A DNA stretch of 64,000 bases from Escherichia coli (lineage in GTDB: Bacteria > Pseudomonadota > Gammaproteobacteria > Enterobacterales > Enterobacteriaceae): NCBI RefSeq assembly GCF_013315695.1, contig NZ_CP054353.1; one strand, given 5' to 3'. The notes beneath the pieces are model-generated. The model was not told the DNA's origin, did no database searches, and saw only the letters and a program-made list of their open reading frames with translations. This document shows, in pieces, positions 34,154-50,765 of the stretch. How positions within the stretch are numbered: the first letter of the stretch is position 1; each line of letters opens with the position of its first letter. The position numbers and the translations under genes were made by a program.

Positions 34154-35146
34154 TTACAGCAGAGAAGGGACGCTCTCGCGAACAGCAGCTGGCCATACAC
34201 CACACTGAACCTGGCCGATATGTGGCAGTTGCAGCAGCAGCATGGTCAAACGAGACTGCCCGATACCGCCGCCGATGGTCTGCGGCATTTCACCGCGCAG
34301 CAGCGCCTGATGCCACTCCAGCTCCAGGCGATCTTCGTCACCGGTCAGCGCCAGCTGATGCTTCAGCGTGTCGGCATCCACGCGGATCCCCATGGAAGAA
34401 AGCTCAAACGCATCTTCCAGTACCGGGTTCCATACCAGAATATCGCCGTTCAGACCCGCATGGCCCAGCTCTGACGGGGTGCTCCAGTCATCATAATCCG
34501 GTGCGCGCACGTCATGGCGATGACCATCGCTCAGCTTGCCGCCAATCCCGACCAGGAATACCGCGCCAAGATCTTTCGCAATCGCCCGCTCACGCCCTTT
34601 GGCATCGAGCTCCGGATAACGAGACAGTAACTCCTGGCTGTGTACGAAGTGGATCTGATCCGGCAGGAACGGAGCCAGGCCAAACTCTTCGCTAACCGCA
34701 GCTTCGGTTGCTTTAATTCCCTCCCAGATCGCCTCTACCGTGCTTTTCAGAGTCGAGAATTGACGCTCGCCGTCGCCCATTACGCGTTCCCAGTCCCACT
34801 GGTCAACATAGACCGAGTGCAGCGGGGAAAGACGGTCTTCATCGGGGCGAAGGGCTTTCATGTGCGTGTACAGCCCTTCGCCCGCGCTGAAGTCGTGTTG
34901 CCCTAAGGTCTGACGTTTCCACTTCGCCAGTGAATGAACCACTTCGAACTGGGCATCAGGCAGAGCTTTCACTTTTACCTGCACCGCTTTTTCACAGCCC
35001 GACAAGTTATCCTGCGTGCCATCCCCCACACGGCTAAGAATCGGCGCCTGGACTTCGATCAGCCCCAGACGTTCTTCCAGTTGACGAGAAAAGTGAGATT
35101 TCACGAAGCTAATTTGGCGTTGTTTGGCAATGTAAGCGGTTTTCAT
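34154..35146 (-). CDS. asnA: Aspartate-ammonia ligase (asparagine synthetase A)
   Basis: 330 aa, translation [50 protein letters not shown]... Confidence 0.93.
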   Translation of the reverse strand: MKTAYIAKQRQISFVKSHFSRQLEERLGLIEVQAPILSRVGDGTQDNLSGCEKAVQVKVKALPDAQFEVVHSLAKWKRQTLGQHDFSAGEGLYTHMKALRPDEDRLSPLHSVYVDQWDWERVMGDGERQFSTLKSTVEAIWEGIKATEAAVSEEFGLAPFLPDQIHFVHSQELLSRYPELDAKGRERAIAKDLGAVFLVGIGGKLSDGHRHDVRAPDYDDWSTPSELGHAGLNGDILVWNPVLEDAFELSSMGIRVDADTLKHQLALTGDEDRLELEWHQALLRGEMPQTIGGGIGQSRLTMLLLQLPHIGQVQCGVWPAAVRESVPSLL

Positions 35147-35297
35147 TTTTTATACTCCTGCGTCCTGTTGCTTATGATTAAGCAACAAAAACCGACACAC
35201 ATGCAATAATCATTCAATAAAAAGCCTCACGTACTTTTGATTCATTAAAAAAGAAGGCTAAAATAGAATGAATCATCAATCCGCATAAGAAAATCCT

Positions 35298-35756
35298 ATG
35301 GAAAATTATCTGATCGACAATCTGGACCGAGGCATCCTGGAAGCATTAATGGGCAATGCGCGCACCGCTTACGCCGAACTGGCGAAACAATTTGGCGTCA
35401 GTCCGGGGACGATTCACGTTCGAGTAGAGAAAATGAAGCAGGCGGGGATCATTACCGGGGCGCGTATTGATGTCAGCCCGAAGCAGCTTGGTTATGACGT
35501 AGGCTGCTTTATCGGCATTATATTAAAGAGCGCCAAAGACTATCCTTCCGCGCTGGCAAAGCTGGAAAGCCTCGATGAAGTCACTGAAGCCTATTACACA
35601 ACCGGCCACTACAGCATCTTTATAAAAGTGATGTGCCGTTCGATCGATGCTCTCCAGCATGTACTTATCAACAAGATCCAAACAATTGATGAAATTCAGT
35701 CCACCGAGACACTGATCGTCCTGCAGAACCCGATCATGCGTACCATTAAGCCCTGA
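35298..35756 (+). CDS. asnC: Lrp/AsnC-family regulator AsnC
   Basis: 152 aa, translation MENYLIDNLDRGILEALMGNARTAYAELAKQFGVSPGTIHVRVEKMKQAGII...; divergent from asnA. Confidence 0.93.
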   Translation: MENYLIDNLDRGILEALMGNARTAYAELAKQFGVSPGTIHVRVEKMKQAGIITGARIDVSPKQLGYDVGCFIGIILKSAKDYPSALAKLESLDEVTEAYYTTGHYSIFIKVMCRSIDALQHVLINKIQTIDEIQSTETLIVLQNPIMRTIKP

Positions 35757-35845
35757 TCGGCTTTTTTAATCCCATACTTTTCCACAGGTAGATCCCAACG
35801 CGTTCACAGCGTACAATACGCCACTCTTAATAAAGGTGGCGGTTT

Positions 35846-36289
35846 ATGGCAGATATCACTCTTATCAGCGGCAGCACCCTCGGCGGTGCCGAATATGTAG
35901 CAGAACACCTGGCTGAAAAGCTGGAAGAGGCGGGTTTTACCACCGAAACGCTGCACGGTCCGCTGTTGGAAGATTTATCTGCCTCTGGGATCTGGCTGGT
36001 TATCAGCTCAACCCACGGTGCCGGAGATATTCCGGACAACCTTTCTCCTTTCTATGAAGCATTGCAGAAACAGAAGCCCGATCTTTCTGCGGTCCGCTTT
36101 GGCGCAATCGGTATTGGTAGTCGTGAATATGACACCTTTTGTGGGGCTATTGATAAACTCGAGGCTGAACTCAAAAATTCCGGTGCAAAACAGACGGGCG
36201 AAACACTGAAGATCAACATTCTTGATCACGACATTCCGGAAGATCCGGCAGAAGAATGGCTGGGATCGTGGATTAATTTACTCAAATAA
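35846..36289 (+). CDS. mioC: Flavodoxin-like protein MioC
   Basis: 147 aa, translation MADITLISGSTLGGAEYVAEHLAEKLEEAGF...; adjacent to oriC. Confidence 0.92.
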   Translation: MADITLISGSTLGGAEYVAEHLAEKLEEAGFTTETLHGPLLEDLSASGIWLVISSTHGAGDIPDNLSPFYEALQKQKPDLSAVRFGAIGIGSREYDTFCGAIDKLEAELKNSGAKQTGETLKINILDHDIPEDPAEEWLGSWINLLK

Positions 36290-36303
36290 GTATACAGATC
36301 GTG

Positions 36304-36579
36304 CGATCCACTGTGGATAACTCTGTCAGGAAGCTTGGATCAACCGGTAGTTATCCAAAGAACAACGGTTGTTCAGTTTTTGAGTTGTGTATAACCCCTC
36401 ATTCTGATCCCAGCTTATACTGTCCAGGATCACCGATCATTCACAGTTAATGATCCTTTCCAGGTTGTTGATCTTAAAAGCCGGATCCTTGTTATCCACA
36501 GGGCAGTGCGATCCTAATAAGAGATCACAATAGAACAGATCTCTAAATAAATAGATCTTCTTTTTAACACCCAGGATCC
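36304..36579. other. oriC: Chromosomal replication origin oriC
   Basis: Between mioC and mnmG: DnaA boxes TGTGGATAA (36312-36320) and TTATCCACA (36488-36496), dense GATC (Dam/SeqA) sites, and three AT-rich 13-mers (CTAATAAGAGATC, AATAGAACAGATC, AAATAAATAGATC) forming the unwinding element at 36510-36560. Confidence 0.9.
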
Positions 36580-36667
36580 CAGGTCTTTCTCAAGCCGACA
36601 AAGTTGAGTAGAATCCACGGCCCGGGCTTCAATCCATTTTCATACCGCGTTATGCGAGGCAATCACC

Positions 36668-38557
36668 ATGTTTTATCCGGATCCTTTTGACGTCATCATC
36701 ATTGGCGGGGGTCATGCAGGCACCGAGGCCGCGATGGCCGCGGCGCGTATGGGTCAACAGACTCTGCTTTTGACACACAATATCGACACTCTGGGGCAGA
36801 TGAGCTGCAACCCGGCGATCGGCGGTATTGGGAAGGGACATCTGGTAAAAGAAGTGGATGCACTCGGCGGTCTGATGGCGAAAGCGATCGATCAGGCGGG
36901 TATCCAGTTTAGGATACTAAACGCAAGCAAAGGACCGGCGGTTCGCGCTACCCGAGCTCAGGCAGATCGTGTGCTCTACCGTCAGGCGGTACGTACGGCG
37001 CTGGAGAACCAACCGAACCTGATGATCTTCCAGCAGGCGGTTGAAGATCTTATTGTCGAAAACGATCGCGTGGTCGGTGCCGTTACCCAAATGGGACTGA
37101 AGTTCCGTGCCAAAGCTGTCGTGCTCACCGTTGGAACGTTCCTCGACGGTAAAATTCATATCGGTCTGGATAATTACAGCGGTGGCCGTGCTGGTGATCC
37201 GCCGTCCATTCCGCTTTCTCGCCGTTTGCGTGAACTGCCGCTGCGCGTTGGTCGTCTGAAAACCGGGACACCACCGCGTATTGATGCTCGAACCATCGAC
37301 TTTAGCGTACTGGCGCAACAGCATGGCGATAACCCAATGCCGGTATTCTCGTTTATGGGCAATGCGTCCCAGCATCCCCAGCAGGTGCCGTGTTATATCA
37401 CTCATACCAACGAGAAAACCCATGATGTGATCCGCAGTAACCTCGATCGTAGCCCAATGTACGCAGGGGTGATCGAAGGTGTCGGCCCACGCTACTGCCC
37501 GTCGATCGAAGACAAAGTCATGCGCTTCGCCGACAGAAATCAGCATCAGATCTTCCTTGAACCGGAAGGGCTGACCTCAAACGAAATTTATCCGAACGGT
37601 ATCTCCACCAGCCTGCCGTTCGATGTGCAGATGCAAATCGTCCGCTCCATGCAGGGGATGGAAAACGCAAAGATCGTGCGTCCGGGTTATGCCATTGAGT
37701 ATGACTTCTTCGATCCACGCGACCTGAAACCGACGCTGGAGAGCAAGTTTATCCAGGGGCTGTTCTTTGCTGGTCAGATTAACGGCACTACCGGTTACGA
37801 AGAAGCCGCTGCGCAAGGTTTGCTGGCTGGTCTTAACGCTGCCCGTCTGTCTGCTGACAAAGAAGGTTGGGCTCCGGCGCGTTCTCAGGCGTATCTCGGC
37901 GTACTGGTTGATGACCTGTGCACTTTAGGAACCAAAGAACCGTATCGTATGTTTACTTCGCGCGCAGAATATCGTCTGATGCTGCGCGAAGATAATGCGG
38001 ATCTGCGTTTGACTGAAATCGGTCGTGAACTGGGCCTGGTGGATGACGAACGTTGGGCGCGCTTTAACGAGAAACTTGAGAATATCGAGCGTGAGCGTCA
38101 GCGTCTGAAATCGACCTGGGTAACCCCGTCGGCGGAAGCTGCAGCCGACGTGAATGCTCACCTGACTGCGCCACTTTCCCGTGAAGCCAGTGGTGAAGAT
38201 CTGCTGCGTCGTCCGGAAATGACTTATGAAAAATTAACCACGCTGACGCCGTTTTCCCCTGCGTTGACAGACGAACAGGCGGCGGAACAGGTTGAGATTC
38301 AGGTTAAATACGAAGGTTATATCGCGCGCCAGCAAGATGAGATCGAAAAGCAACTGCGTAACGAGAACACCCTGCTACCAGCAACGCTGGATTACCGCCA
38401 GGTATCCGGTCTTTCTAACGAAGTGATCGCCAAACTTAACGATCACAAACCGGCCTCTATCGGTCAGGCTTCGCGTATTTCTGGCGTCACGCCTGCGGCC
38501 ATCTCCATTCTGCTGGTGTGGCTGAAAAAACAGGGTATGCTGCGTCGTAGCGCATAA
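36668..38557 (+). CDS. mnmG: tRNA uridine 5-carboxymethylaminomethyl modification enzyme MnmG (GidA)
   Basis: 629 aa, FAD-binding motif [16 protein letters not shown], recognised as MnmG. Confidence 0.95.
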   Translation: MFYPDPFDVIIIGGGHAGTEAAMAAARMGQQTLLLTHNIDTLGQMSCNPAIGGIGKGHLVKEVDALGGLMAKAIDQAGIQFRILNASKGPAVRATRAQADRVLYRQAVRTALENQPNLMIFQQAVEDLIVENDRVVGAVTQMGLKFRAKAVVLTVGTFLDGKIHIGLDNYSGGRAGDPPSIPLSRRLRELPLRVGRLKTGTPPRIDARTIDFSVLAQQHGDNPMPVFSFMGNASQHPQQVPCYITHTNEKTHDVIRSNLDRSPMYAGVIEGVGPRYCPSIEDKVMRFADRNQHQIFLEPEGLTSNEIYPNGISTSLPFDVQMQIVRSMQGMENAKIVRPGYAIEYDFFDPRDLKPTLESKFIQGLFFAGQINGTTGYEEAAAQGLLAGLNAARLSADKEGWAPARSQAYLGVLVDDLCTLGTKEPYRMFTSRAEYRLMLREDNADLRLTEIGRELGLVDDERWARFNEKLENIERERQRLKSTWVTPSAEAAADVNAHLTAPLSREASGEDLLRRPEMTYEKLTTLTPFSPALTDEQAAEQVEIQVKYEGYIARQQDEIEKQLRNENTLLPATLDYRQVSGLSNEVIAKLNDHKPASIGQASRISGVTPAAISILLVWLKKQGMLRRSA

Positions 38558-38620
38558 CGCATTAAAAATGCCTGGTAAGCACCCGCTTACCGGGCAACGC
38601 ATCAAGAACAGGTAATCACC

Positions 38621-39244
38621 GTGCTCAACAAACTCACCTCTCTGCTGAAAGACGCAGGAATTTCGCTTACCGATCACCAGAAAAACCAGCTAATTGCCTA
38701 CGTGAATATGCTGCATAAATGGAATAAAGCGTACAACCTGACTTCGGTCCGCGATCCTAATGAGATGCTGGTACGCCATATTCTCGATAGCATTGTGGTG
38801 GCACCGTATCTGCAAGGTGAACGGTTTATCGATGTCGGCACCGGACCAGGACTGCCTGGCATTCCACTCTCTATCGTGCGTCCTGAAGCCCACTTCACGT
38901 TGTTGGATAGCCTTGGTAAACGCGTGCGTTTCCTTCGTCAGGTGCAACATGAGCTTAAACTGGAGAATATTGAGCCAGTACAGAGCAGGGTAGAAGAGTT
39001 TCCTTCTGAGCCGCCATTTGATGGCGTAATTAGCCGCGCTTTTGCCTCTCTGAACGATATGGTGAGCTGGTGCCACCATCTTCCTGGTGAGCAAGGTCGT
39101 TTCTACGCGCTGAAAGGCCAAATGCCGGAAGATGAAATCGCTTTGTTGCCCGAAGAATATCAGGTCGAATCAGTGGTTAAACTTCACGTTCCGGCCCTGG
39201 ATGGCGAACGTCATCTGGTGATGATTAAAGCAAATAAAATTTAA
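38621..39244 (+). CDS. rsmG: 16S rRNA m7G527 methyltransferase RsmG (GidB)
   Basis: 207 aa, SAM-binding motif [14 protein letters not shown]. Confidence 0.93.
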   Translation: MLNKLTSLLKDAGISLTDHQKNQLIAYVNMLHKWNKAYNLTSVRDPNEMLVRHILDSIVVAPYLQGERFIDVGTGPGLPGIPLSIVRPEAHFTLLDSLGKRVRFLRQVQHELKLENIEPVQSRVEEFPSEPPFDGVISRAFASLNDMVSWCHHLPGEQGRFYALKGQMPEDEIALLPEEYQVESVVKLHVPALDGERHLVMIKANKI

Positions 39245-39860
39245 TTTTTATCAAAAAAATCATAAAAAATTGACCGGTTAGACTGTTAACAACAACCAGG
39301 TTTTCTACTGATATAACTGGTTACATTTAACGCCACGTTCACTCTTTTGCATCAACAAAGTAACGTGGCTTTTTTTGGTAAGCAGAAAATAAGTCATAAG
39401 TGAAAATATCAGTCTGCTAAAAATCGGCGCTAAGAATCATCATTGGCTGTTAAAACATTATTAAAAATGTCAATGGGTGGTTTTTGTTGTGTAAATGTCA
39501 TTTATTAAAACAGTATCTGTTTTTAGACTGAAATATCATAAACTTGCAAAGGCATCATTTGCCAAGTAAATAAATATGCTGTGCGCGAACATGCTCAATA
39601 TGTGATCTGAAGCACGCTTTATCACCAGTGTTTACGCGTTATTTACAGTTTTTCATGATCGAACAGGGTTTGCAGAAAAGTCGCAATTGTATGCACTGGA
39701 AAAATATTTAAACATTTATTCACCTTTTGGCTACTTATTGTTTGAAATCACGGGGGCGCACCGTATAATTTGACCGCTTTTTGATGCTTGACTCTAAGCC
39801 TTAAAGAAAGTTTTATACGACACGCGGCATACCTCGAAGGGAGCAGGAGTGAAAAACGTG

Positions 39861-41065
<1,205 letters not shown>

Positions 41066-41093
41066 TTTACCAACACTACTACGTTTTAACTGA

Positions 41094-41368
<275 letters not shown>

Positions 41369-41412
41369 TAAAGAGCAATATCAGAACGTTAACTAAATAG
41401 AGGCATTGTGCT

Positions 41413-41883
41413 GTGAATCTTAACGCAACAATCCTCGGCCAGGCCATCGCGTTTGTCCTGTTCGTTCTGTTCTGCATGAAGTACGTATGGCCGCCATTAA
41501 TGGCAGCCATCGAAAAACGTCAAAAAGAAATTGCTGACGGCCTTGCTTCCGCAGAACGAGCACATAAGGACCTTGACCTTGCAAAGGCCAGCGCGACCGA
41601 CCAGCTGAAAAAAGCGAAAGCGGAAGCCCAGGTAATCATCGAGCAGGCGAACAAACGCCGCTCGCAGATTCTGGACGAAGCTAAAGCTGAAGCAGAGCAG
41701 GAACGTACTAAAATCGTGGCCCAGGCGCAGGCGGAAATTGAAGCCGAGCGTAAACGTGCCCGTGAAGAGCTGCGTAAGCAAGTTGCTATCCTGGCTGTTG
41801 CTGGCGCCGAGAAGATCATCGAACGTTCCGTGGATGAAGCTGCTAACAGCGACATCGTGGATAAACTTGTCGCTGAACTGTAA
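41413..41883 (+). CDS. atpF: F0F1 ATP synthase subunit b
   Basis: 156 aa, N-terminal TM helix then long charged helix. Confidence 0.95.
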
Positions 41884-41897
41884 GGAGGGAGGGGCTG

Positions 41898-42431
41898 ATG
41901 TCTGAATTTATTACGGTAGCTCGCCCCTACGCCAAAGCAGCTTTTGACTTTGCCGTCGAACACCAAAGTGTAGAACGCTGGCAGGACATGCTGGCGTTTG
42001 CCGCCGAGGTAACCAAAAACGAACAAATGGCAGAGCTTCTCTCTGGCGCGCTTGCGCCAGAAACGCTCGCCGAGTCGTTTATCGCAGTTTGTGGTGAGCA
42101 ACTGGACGAAAACGGTCAGAACCTGATTCGGGTAATGGCCGAAAATGGTCGTCTTAACGCGCTCCCGGATGTTCTGGAGCAGTTTATTCACCTGCGTGCT
42201 GTGAGTGAGGCTACCGCTGAGGTAGACGTCATTTCCGCTGCCGCACTGAGTGAACAACAGCTCGCGAAAATTTCTGCTGCGATGGAAAAACGTCTGTCAC
42301 GCAAAGTTAAGCTGAATTGCAAAATCGATAAGTCTGTAATGGCAGGCGTTATCATCCGAGCGGGTGATATGGTCATTGATGGCAGCGTACGCGGTCGTCT
42401 TGAGCGCCTTGCAGACGTCTTGCAGTCTTAA
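41898..42431 (+). CDS. atpH: F0F1 ATP synthase subunit delta
   Basis: 177 aa; operon position. Confidence 0.95.
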
Positions 42432-42443
42432 GGGGACTGGAGC

Positions 42444-43985
42444 ATGCAACTGAATTCCACCGAAATCAGCGAACTGATCAAGCAGCGCATTGCTCAGTTC
42501 AATGTTGTGAGTGAAGCTCACAACGAAGGTACTATTGTTTCTGTAAGTGACGGTGTTATCCGCATTCACGGCCTGGCCGATTGTATGCAGGGTGAAATGA
42601 TCTCCCTGCCGGGTAACCGTTACGCTATCGCACTGAACCTCGAGCGCGACTCTGTAGGTGCGGTTGTTATGGGTCCGTACGCTGACCTTGCCGAAGGCAT
42701 GAAAGTTAAGTGTACTGGCCGTATCCTGGAAGTTCCGGTTGGCCGTGGCCTGCTGGGCCGTGTGGTTAACACTCTGGGTGCACCAATCGACGGTAAAGGT
42801 CCGCTGGATCACGACGGCTTCTCTGCTGTAGAAGCAATCGCTCCGGGCGTTATCGAACGTCAGTCCGTAGATCAGCCGGTACAGACCGGTTATAAAGCCG
42901 TTGACTCCATGATCCCAATTGGTCGTGGTCAGCGTGAATTGATCATCGGTGACCGTCAGACCGGTAAAACCGCACTGGCTATCGATGCCATCATCAACCA
43001 GCGCGATTCCGGTATCAAATGTATCTATGTCGCTATCGGCCAGAAAGCGTCCACCATTTCTAACGTGGTACGTAAACTGGAAGAGCACGGCGCACTGGCT
43101 AACACCATCGTTGTGGTAGCAACCGCGTCTGAATCCGCTGCACTGCAATATCTGGCACCGTACGCTGGTTGCGCAATGGGCGAATACTTCCGTGACCGCG
43201 GTGAAGATGCGCTGATCATTTACGATGACCTGTCTAAACAGGCTGTTGCTTACCGTCAGATCTCCCTGCTGCTCCGTCGTCCGCCAGGACGTGAAGCATT
43301 CCCGGGCGACGTATTCTACCTCCACTCTCGTCTGCTGGAGCGTGCTGCGCGTGTTAACGCCGAATACGTTGAAGCCTTCACCAAAGGTGAAGTGAAAGGG
43401 AAAACCGGTTCTCTGACCGCGCTGCCGATTATCGAAACTCAGGCGGGTGACGTTTCTGCGTTCGTTCCGACCAACGTAATCTCCATTACCGATGGTCAGA
43501 TCTTCCTGGAAACCAACCTGTTCAACGCCGGTATTCGTCCTGCGGTTAACCCGGGTATTTCCGTATCCCGTGTTGGTGGTGCAGCACAGACCAAGATCAT
43601 GAAAAAACTGTCCGGTGGTATCCGTACCGCTCTGGCACAGTATCGTGAACTGGCAGCGTTCTCTCAGTTTGCATCCGACCTTGACGATGCAACACGTAAG
43701 CAGCTTGACCACGGTCAGAAAGTGACCGAACTGCTGAAACAGAAACAGTATGCGCCGATGTCCGTAGCGCAACAGTCTTTGGTTCTTTTCGCAGCAGAAC
43801 GTGGTTACCTGGCGGATGTTGAACTGTCGAAAATCGGCAGCTTCGAAGCCGCTCTGCTGGCTTACGTCGACCGTGATCACGCTCCGTTGATGCAAGAGAT
43901 CAACCAGACCGGTGGCTACAACGACGAAATCGAAGGCAAGCTGAAAGGCATCCTCGATTCCTTCAAAGCAACCCAATCCTGGTAA
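42444..43985 (+). CDS. atpA: F0F1 ATP synthase subunit alpha
   Basis: 513 aa, Walker A GDRQTGKT. Confidence 0.97.
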
Positions 43986-44035
43986 CGTCTGGCGGCTTGC
44001 CTTAGGGCAGGCCGCAAGGCATTGAGGAGAAGCTC

Positions 44036-46308
<2,273 letters not shown>

Positions 46309-46328
46309 CGCCTTAATCGGAGGGTGAT

Positions 46329-46748
46329 ATGGCAATGACTTACCACCTGGACGTCGTCAGTGCAGAGCAACAAATGTTCTCTGGTCTGGTCGAGAAAATC
46401 CAGGTAACGGGTAGCGAAGGTGAATTGGGGATCTACCCTGGCCACGCACCGCTGCTCACCGCCATTAAGCCTGGTATGATTCGCATCGTGAAACAGCACG
46501 GTCACGAAGAGTTTATCTATCTGTCTGGCGGCATTCTTGAAGTGCAGCCTGGCAACGTGACCGTTCTGGCCGACACCGCAATTCGCGGCCAGGATCTCGA
46601 CGAAGCGCGAGCCATGGAAGCGAAACGTAAGGCTGAAGAGCACATTAGCAGCTCTCACGGCGACGTAGATTACGCTCAGGCGTCTGCGGAACTGGCCAAA
46701 GCGATCGCGCAGCTGCGCGTTATCGAGTTGACCAAAAAAGCGATGTAA
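46329..46748 (+). CDS. atpC: F0F1 ATP synthase subunit epsilon
   Basis: 139 aa, [21 protein letters not shown]... Confidence 0.96.
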
Positions 46749-46770
46749 CACCGGCTTGAAAAGCACAAAA

Positions 46771-46799
46771 GCCAGTCTGGAAACAGGCTGGCTTTTTTT
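46771..46799 (+). terminator. atp operon rho-independent terminator
   Basis: GCCAGTCTG-GAAA-CAGGCTGGC hairpin followed by TTTTTTT. Confidence 0.8.
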
Positions 46800-47096
46800 A
46801 CGCGTGACCCGTCCTGAAGAGCGTTCACATAGATCCTGCTGATATAAAACCCCCTGTTTTCCCGTTTATTCATTGATCGAAATAAGAGCAAAAACATCCA
46901 CCTGACGCTTAAATGAAGGTATTGCCTTAATTTTCTGCAGACAAAAGGCGTGACGATGGTCGAAAATGGCGCTTTCGTCAGCGGGGATAATCCGTTATTG
47001 AACAATTTATCCTCTGTCCATTTCACGATGAAAAAAATGTAGTTTTTTCAAGGTGAAGCGGTTTAAATTCGTTCTCAAATTACAGTCAGGACGCGT

Positions 47097-48467
47097 ATGT
47101 TGAATAATGCTATGAGCGTAGTGATCCTTGCCGCAGGCAAAGGCACGCGCATGTATTCCGATCTTCCGAAAGTGCTGCATACCCTTGCCGGGAAAGCGAT
47201 GGTTCAGCATGTCATTGATGCTGCGAATGAATTAGGCGCAGCGCACGTTCACCTGGTTTACGGTCACGGCGGCGATCTGCTTAAACAGGCGCTGAAAGAC
47301 GACAACCTGAACTGGGTGCTTCAGGCAGAACAGCTGGGTACAGGTCATGCGATGCAGCAGGCCGCACCTTTCTTTGCCGATGATGAAGACATTTTAATGC
47401 TCTACGGCGACGTGCCGCTGATCTCTGTCGAAACACTCCAGCGCCTGCGTGATGCTAAACCGCAGGGTGGCATTGGTCTGCTGACGGTAAAACTGGATGA
47501 TCCGACCGGTTATGGACGTATCACCCGTGAAAACGGCAAAGTTACCGGCATTGTTGAGCACAAAGACGCCACCGACGAGCAGCGTCAGATTCAGGAGATC
47601 AACACCGGCATTCTGATTGCCAACGGCGCAGATATGAAACGCTGGCTGGCGAAGCTGACCAACAATAACGCGCAGGGTGAATACTACATCACCGACATTA
47701 TTGCGCTGGCGTATCAGGAAGGACGTGAAATCGTCGCCGTTCATCCGCAACGTTTAAGCGAAGTAGAAGGCGTGAATAACCGCCTGCAACTCTCCCGACT
47801 GGAGCGCGTTTACCAGTCCGAACAGGCTGAAAAACTGCTGTTAGCAGGCGTTATGCTGCGCGATCCGGCGCGTTTTGATCTGCGCGGTACGCTTACTCAC
47901 GGGCGCGATGTTGAAATTGATACTAACGTTATCATCGAGGGCAACGTGACTCTCGGTCATCGCGTGAAAATCGGCACCGGTTGTGTGATTAAAAACAGCG
48001 TGATTGGCGATGATTGCGAAATTAGCCCGTATACCGTTGTGGAAGACGCGAATCTGGCGGCGGCCTGTACCATTGGCCCGTTTGCCCGTCTGCGTCCTGG
48101 TGCTGAGTTGCTGGAAGGTGCACACGTCGGTAACTTCGTTGAGATGAAAAAAGCGCGTCTGGGTAAAGGCTCGAAAGCTGGTCATCTGACTTACCTGGGC
48201 GATGCGGAAATTGGCGATAACGTTAACATCGGCGCGGGAACCATTACCTGCAACTACGATGGTGCGAATAAATTTAAGACCATTATCGGCGACGATGTGT
48301 TTGTCGGTTCCGATACTCAGCTGGTGGCCCCGGTAACGGTAGGCAAAGGCGCAACCATTGCTGCGGGTACAACTGTGACGCGTAATGTCGGCGAAAATGC
48401 TCTGGCAATCAGCCGTGTGCCGCAGTCGCAAAAAGAAGGCTGGCGTCGTCCGGTAAAGAAAAAGTAA
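47097..48467 (+). CDS. glmU: Bifunctional GlcNAc-1-P uridyltransferase / GlcN-1-P acetyltransferase
   Basis: 456 aa, N-terminal nucleotidyltransferase motif (LAAGKGTRM) and C-terminal hexapeptide repeats. Confidence 0.95.
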   Translation: MLNNAMSVVILAAGKGTRMYSDLPKVLHTLAGKAMVQHVIDAANELGAAHVHLVYGHGGDLLKQALKDDNLNWVLQAEQLGTGHAMQQAAPFFADDEDILMLYGDVPLISVETLQRLRDAKPQGGIGLLTVKLDDPTGYGRITRENGKVTGIVEHKDATDEQRQIQEINTGILIANGADMKRWLAKLTNNNAQGEYYITDIIALAYQEGREIVAVHPQRLSEVEGVNNRLQLSRLERVYQSEQAEKLLLAGVMLRDPARFDLRGTLTHGRDVEIDTNVIIEGNVTLGHRVKIGTGCVIKNSVIGDDCEISPYTVVEDANLAAACTIGPFARLRPGAELLEGAHVGNFVEMKKARLGKGSKAGHLTYLGDAEIGDNVNIGAGTITCNYDGANKFKTIIGDDVFVGSDTQLVAPVTVGKGATIAAGTTVTRNVGENALAISRVPQSQKEGWRRPVKKK

Positions 48468-48628
48468 TTCTGGCTGGGAAATCCGGTCATATGGGATGAG
48501 GAGATAACATAATCTCCCGCCCACAAGCAGTAACTATAAAAATAACCCCACTCTCTACAAGGCTCGGGGCGCCCGAAAAAACGGGCATACAGGTTGACCG
48601 ACAACGATATAAATCGGAATCAAAAACT

Positions 48629-50458
48629 ATGTGTGGAATTGTTGGCGCGATCGCGCAACGTGATGTAGCAGAAATCCTTCTTGAAGGTTTACGTCGTCTG
48701 GAATACCGCGGATATGACTCTGCCGGTCTGGCCGTTGTTGATGCAGAAGGTCATATGACCCGCCTGCGTCGCCTCGGTAAAGTCCAGATGCTGGCTCAGG
48801 CAGCGGAAGAACATCCTCTGCATGGCGGCACCGGTATTGCTCATACTCGCTGGGCGACCCACGGTGAACCTTCAGAAGTGAATGCGCATCCGCATGTTTC
48901 TGAACACATTGTGGTGGTGCATAACGGCATCATCGAAAACCATGAACCGCTGCGTGAAGAGTTAAAAGCGCGTGGCTATACCTTCGTTTCTGAAACCGAC
49001 ACCGAAGTGATTGCCCATCTGGTGAACTGGGAGCTGAAACAAGGCGGTACTCTGCGTGAGGCAGTTCTGCGTGCTATCCCGCAACTGCGTGGTGCGTACG
49101 GTACAGTGATCATGGACTCCCGTCACCCGGATACCCTGCTGGCGGCACGTTCTGGTAGCCCGCTGGTGATTGGTCTGGGCATGGGCGAAAACTTTATCGC
49201 TTCTGACCAGCTGGCGCTGTTGCCAGTGACCCGTCGCTTTATCTTCCTTGAAGAGGGCGATATTGCGGAAATCACTCGCCGTTCGGTAAACATCTTCGAT
49301 AAAACTGGCGCGGAAGTAAAACGTCAGGATATCGAATCCAATCTGCAATATGACGCGGGCGATAAAGGTATTTACCGCCACTATATGCAGAAAGAGATCT
49401 ACGAACAGCCGAACGCGATCAAAAACACCCTTACCGGGCGCATCAGCCACGGTCAGGTAGATTTAAGCGAGCTGGGACCGAACGCCGACGAACTGCTGTC
49501 GAAGGTTGAGCATATTCAGATCCTCGCCTGTGGTACTTCTTATAACTCCGGTATGGTTTCCCGCTACTGGTTTGAATCGCTGGCAGGTATTCCGTGCGAC
49601 GTCGAAATCGCCTCTGAATTCCGCTATCGCAAATCTGCCGTGCGTCGTAACAGCCTGATGATCACCTTGTCACAGTCTGGCGAAACCGCGGATACCCTAG
49701 CTGGCCTGCGTCTGTCGAAAGAGCTGGGTTACCTTGGTTCACTGGCAATCTGTAACGTTCCGGGTTCTTCTCTGGTGCGCGAATCCGATCTGGCGCTGAT
49801 GACCAACGCCGGTACGGAAATCGGCGTAGCGTCTACTAAAGCATTCACCACCCAGTTAACTGTGCTGTTGATGCTGGTGGCGAAGCTGTCTCGCCTGAAA
49901 GGTCTGGATGCCTCCATTGAACATGACATCGTGCATGGTCTGCAGGCGCTGCCGAGCCGTATTGAGCAGATGCTGTCTCAGGACAAACGCATTGAAGCGC
50001 TGGCAGAAGATTTCTCTGACAAACATCACGCGCTGTTCCTGGGCCGTGGCGATCAGTACCCAATCGCGCTGGAAGGCGCATTGAAGCTGAAAGAGATCTC
50101 TTACATTCACGCTGAAGCCTACGCTGCGGGCGAACTGAAACACGGCCCGCTGGCGCTGATAGATGCCGATATGCCGGTTATCGTCGTTGCACCGAACAAC
50201 GAATTGCTGGAAAAACTGAAATCCAACATTGAAGAAGTTCGCGCGCGCGGCGGTCAGTTGTATGTTTTTGCCGATCAGGATGCTGGTTTTGTGAGCAGTG
50301 ATAACATGCACATCATCGAGATGCCGCATGTGGAAGAGGTGATTGCACCGATCTTCTACACTGTTCCGCTGCAGCTGCTGGCTTACCACGTTGCGCTGAT
50401 CAAAGGCACAGACGTTGACCAGCCGCGTAACCTGGCAAAATCGGTTACGGTTGAGTAA
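48629..50458 (+). CDS. glmS: Glutamine--fructose-6-phosphate aminotransferase
   Basis: 609 aa beginning MCGIVGA (N-terminal nucleophile Cys), SIS domains. Confidence 0.96.
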   Translation: MCGIVGAIAQRDVAEILLEGLRRLEYRGYDSAGLAVVDAEGHMTRLRRLGKVQMLAQAAEEHPLHGGTGIAHTRWATHGEPSEVNAHPHVSEHIVVVHNGIIENHEPLREELKARGYTFVSETDTEVIAHLVNWELKQGGTLREAVLRAIPQLRGAYGTVIMDSRHPDTLLAARSGSPLVIGLGMGENFIASDQLALLPVTRRFIFLEEGDIAEITRRSVNIFDKTGAEVKRQDIESNLQYDAGDKGIYRHYMQKEIYEQPNAIKNTLTGRISHGQVDLSELGPNADELLSKVEHIQILACGTSYNSGMVSRYWFESLAGIPCDVEIASEFRYRKSAVRRNSLMITLSQSGETADTLAGLRLSKELGYLGSLAICNVPGSSLVRESDLALMTNAGTEIGVASTKAFTTQLTVLLMLVAKLSRLKGLDASIEHDIVHGLQALPSRIEQMLSQDKRIEALAEDFSDKHHALFLGRGDQYPIALEGALKLKEISYIHAEAYAAGELKHGPLALIDADMPVIVVAPNNELLEKLKSNIEEVRARGGQLYVFADQDAGFVSSDNMHIIEMPHVEEVIAPIFYTVPLQLLAYHVALIKGTDVDQPRNLAKSVTVE

Positions 50459-50478
50459 TATCTCTCGTTGATAGAAAA

Positions 50479-50504
50479 GGGCTGCCGACCGGCGGCCCTT
50501 TTTT
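50479..50504 (+). terminator. glmS rho-independent terminator
   Basis: GGGCTGCCG-ACC-GGCGGCCC hairpin followed by TTTTTT. Confidence 0.75.
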
Positions 50505-50765
50505 ATAAGTGATATCAATAATTCCATTATTCATATGCCCATTGATATAAATATATTCTGAATTATTGCTAATGTCTGATAATAAACTTGATTTCTTGCT
50601 GTTTTAATAATATTTAAATAATAAATTTATATTTAAGATTGAGTAATTAATATTATTTTTAGATAAAGTTGTCTCTTTGGTGTACTATTCCTTTGGATCA
50701 AAAATACACTTATTAATATAAGTGATGATTCATGGTAAAGGATATATTATATCAATGGAGTTTTT

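Noticed and set aside
36290-36667. Possible CRISPR-like repeats because of many short GATC-containing repeats
   Set aside because: The repeats are DnaA boxes, 13-mers and Dam sites of oriC, not a repeat-spacer array; no cas genes or regular repeat-spacer periodicity anywhere in the window.
41520-42257. 245-aa minus-strand ORF
   Set aside because: Antisense to atpF/atpH; shadow ORF.
42297-43976. 559-aa ORF on the minus strand
   Set aside because: Lies entirely antisense to atpA, whose translation is unmistakable; low-complexity translation typical of a shadow ORF in a highly expressed, biased gene.
47841-48524. 227-aa minus-strand ORF
   Set aside because: Antisense to glmU; shadow ORF.
48468-48628. 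Possible glmS ribozyme/riboswitch upstream of glmS
   Set aside because: That element is characteristic of Gram-positive bacteria; enterobacterial glmS is controlled by trans-acting sRNAs, and no conserved ribozyme core was evident.
49856-50527. 223-aa minus-strand ORF
   Set aside because: Antisense to glmS; shadow ORF.
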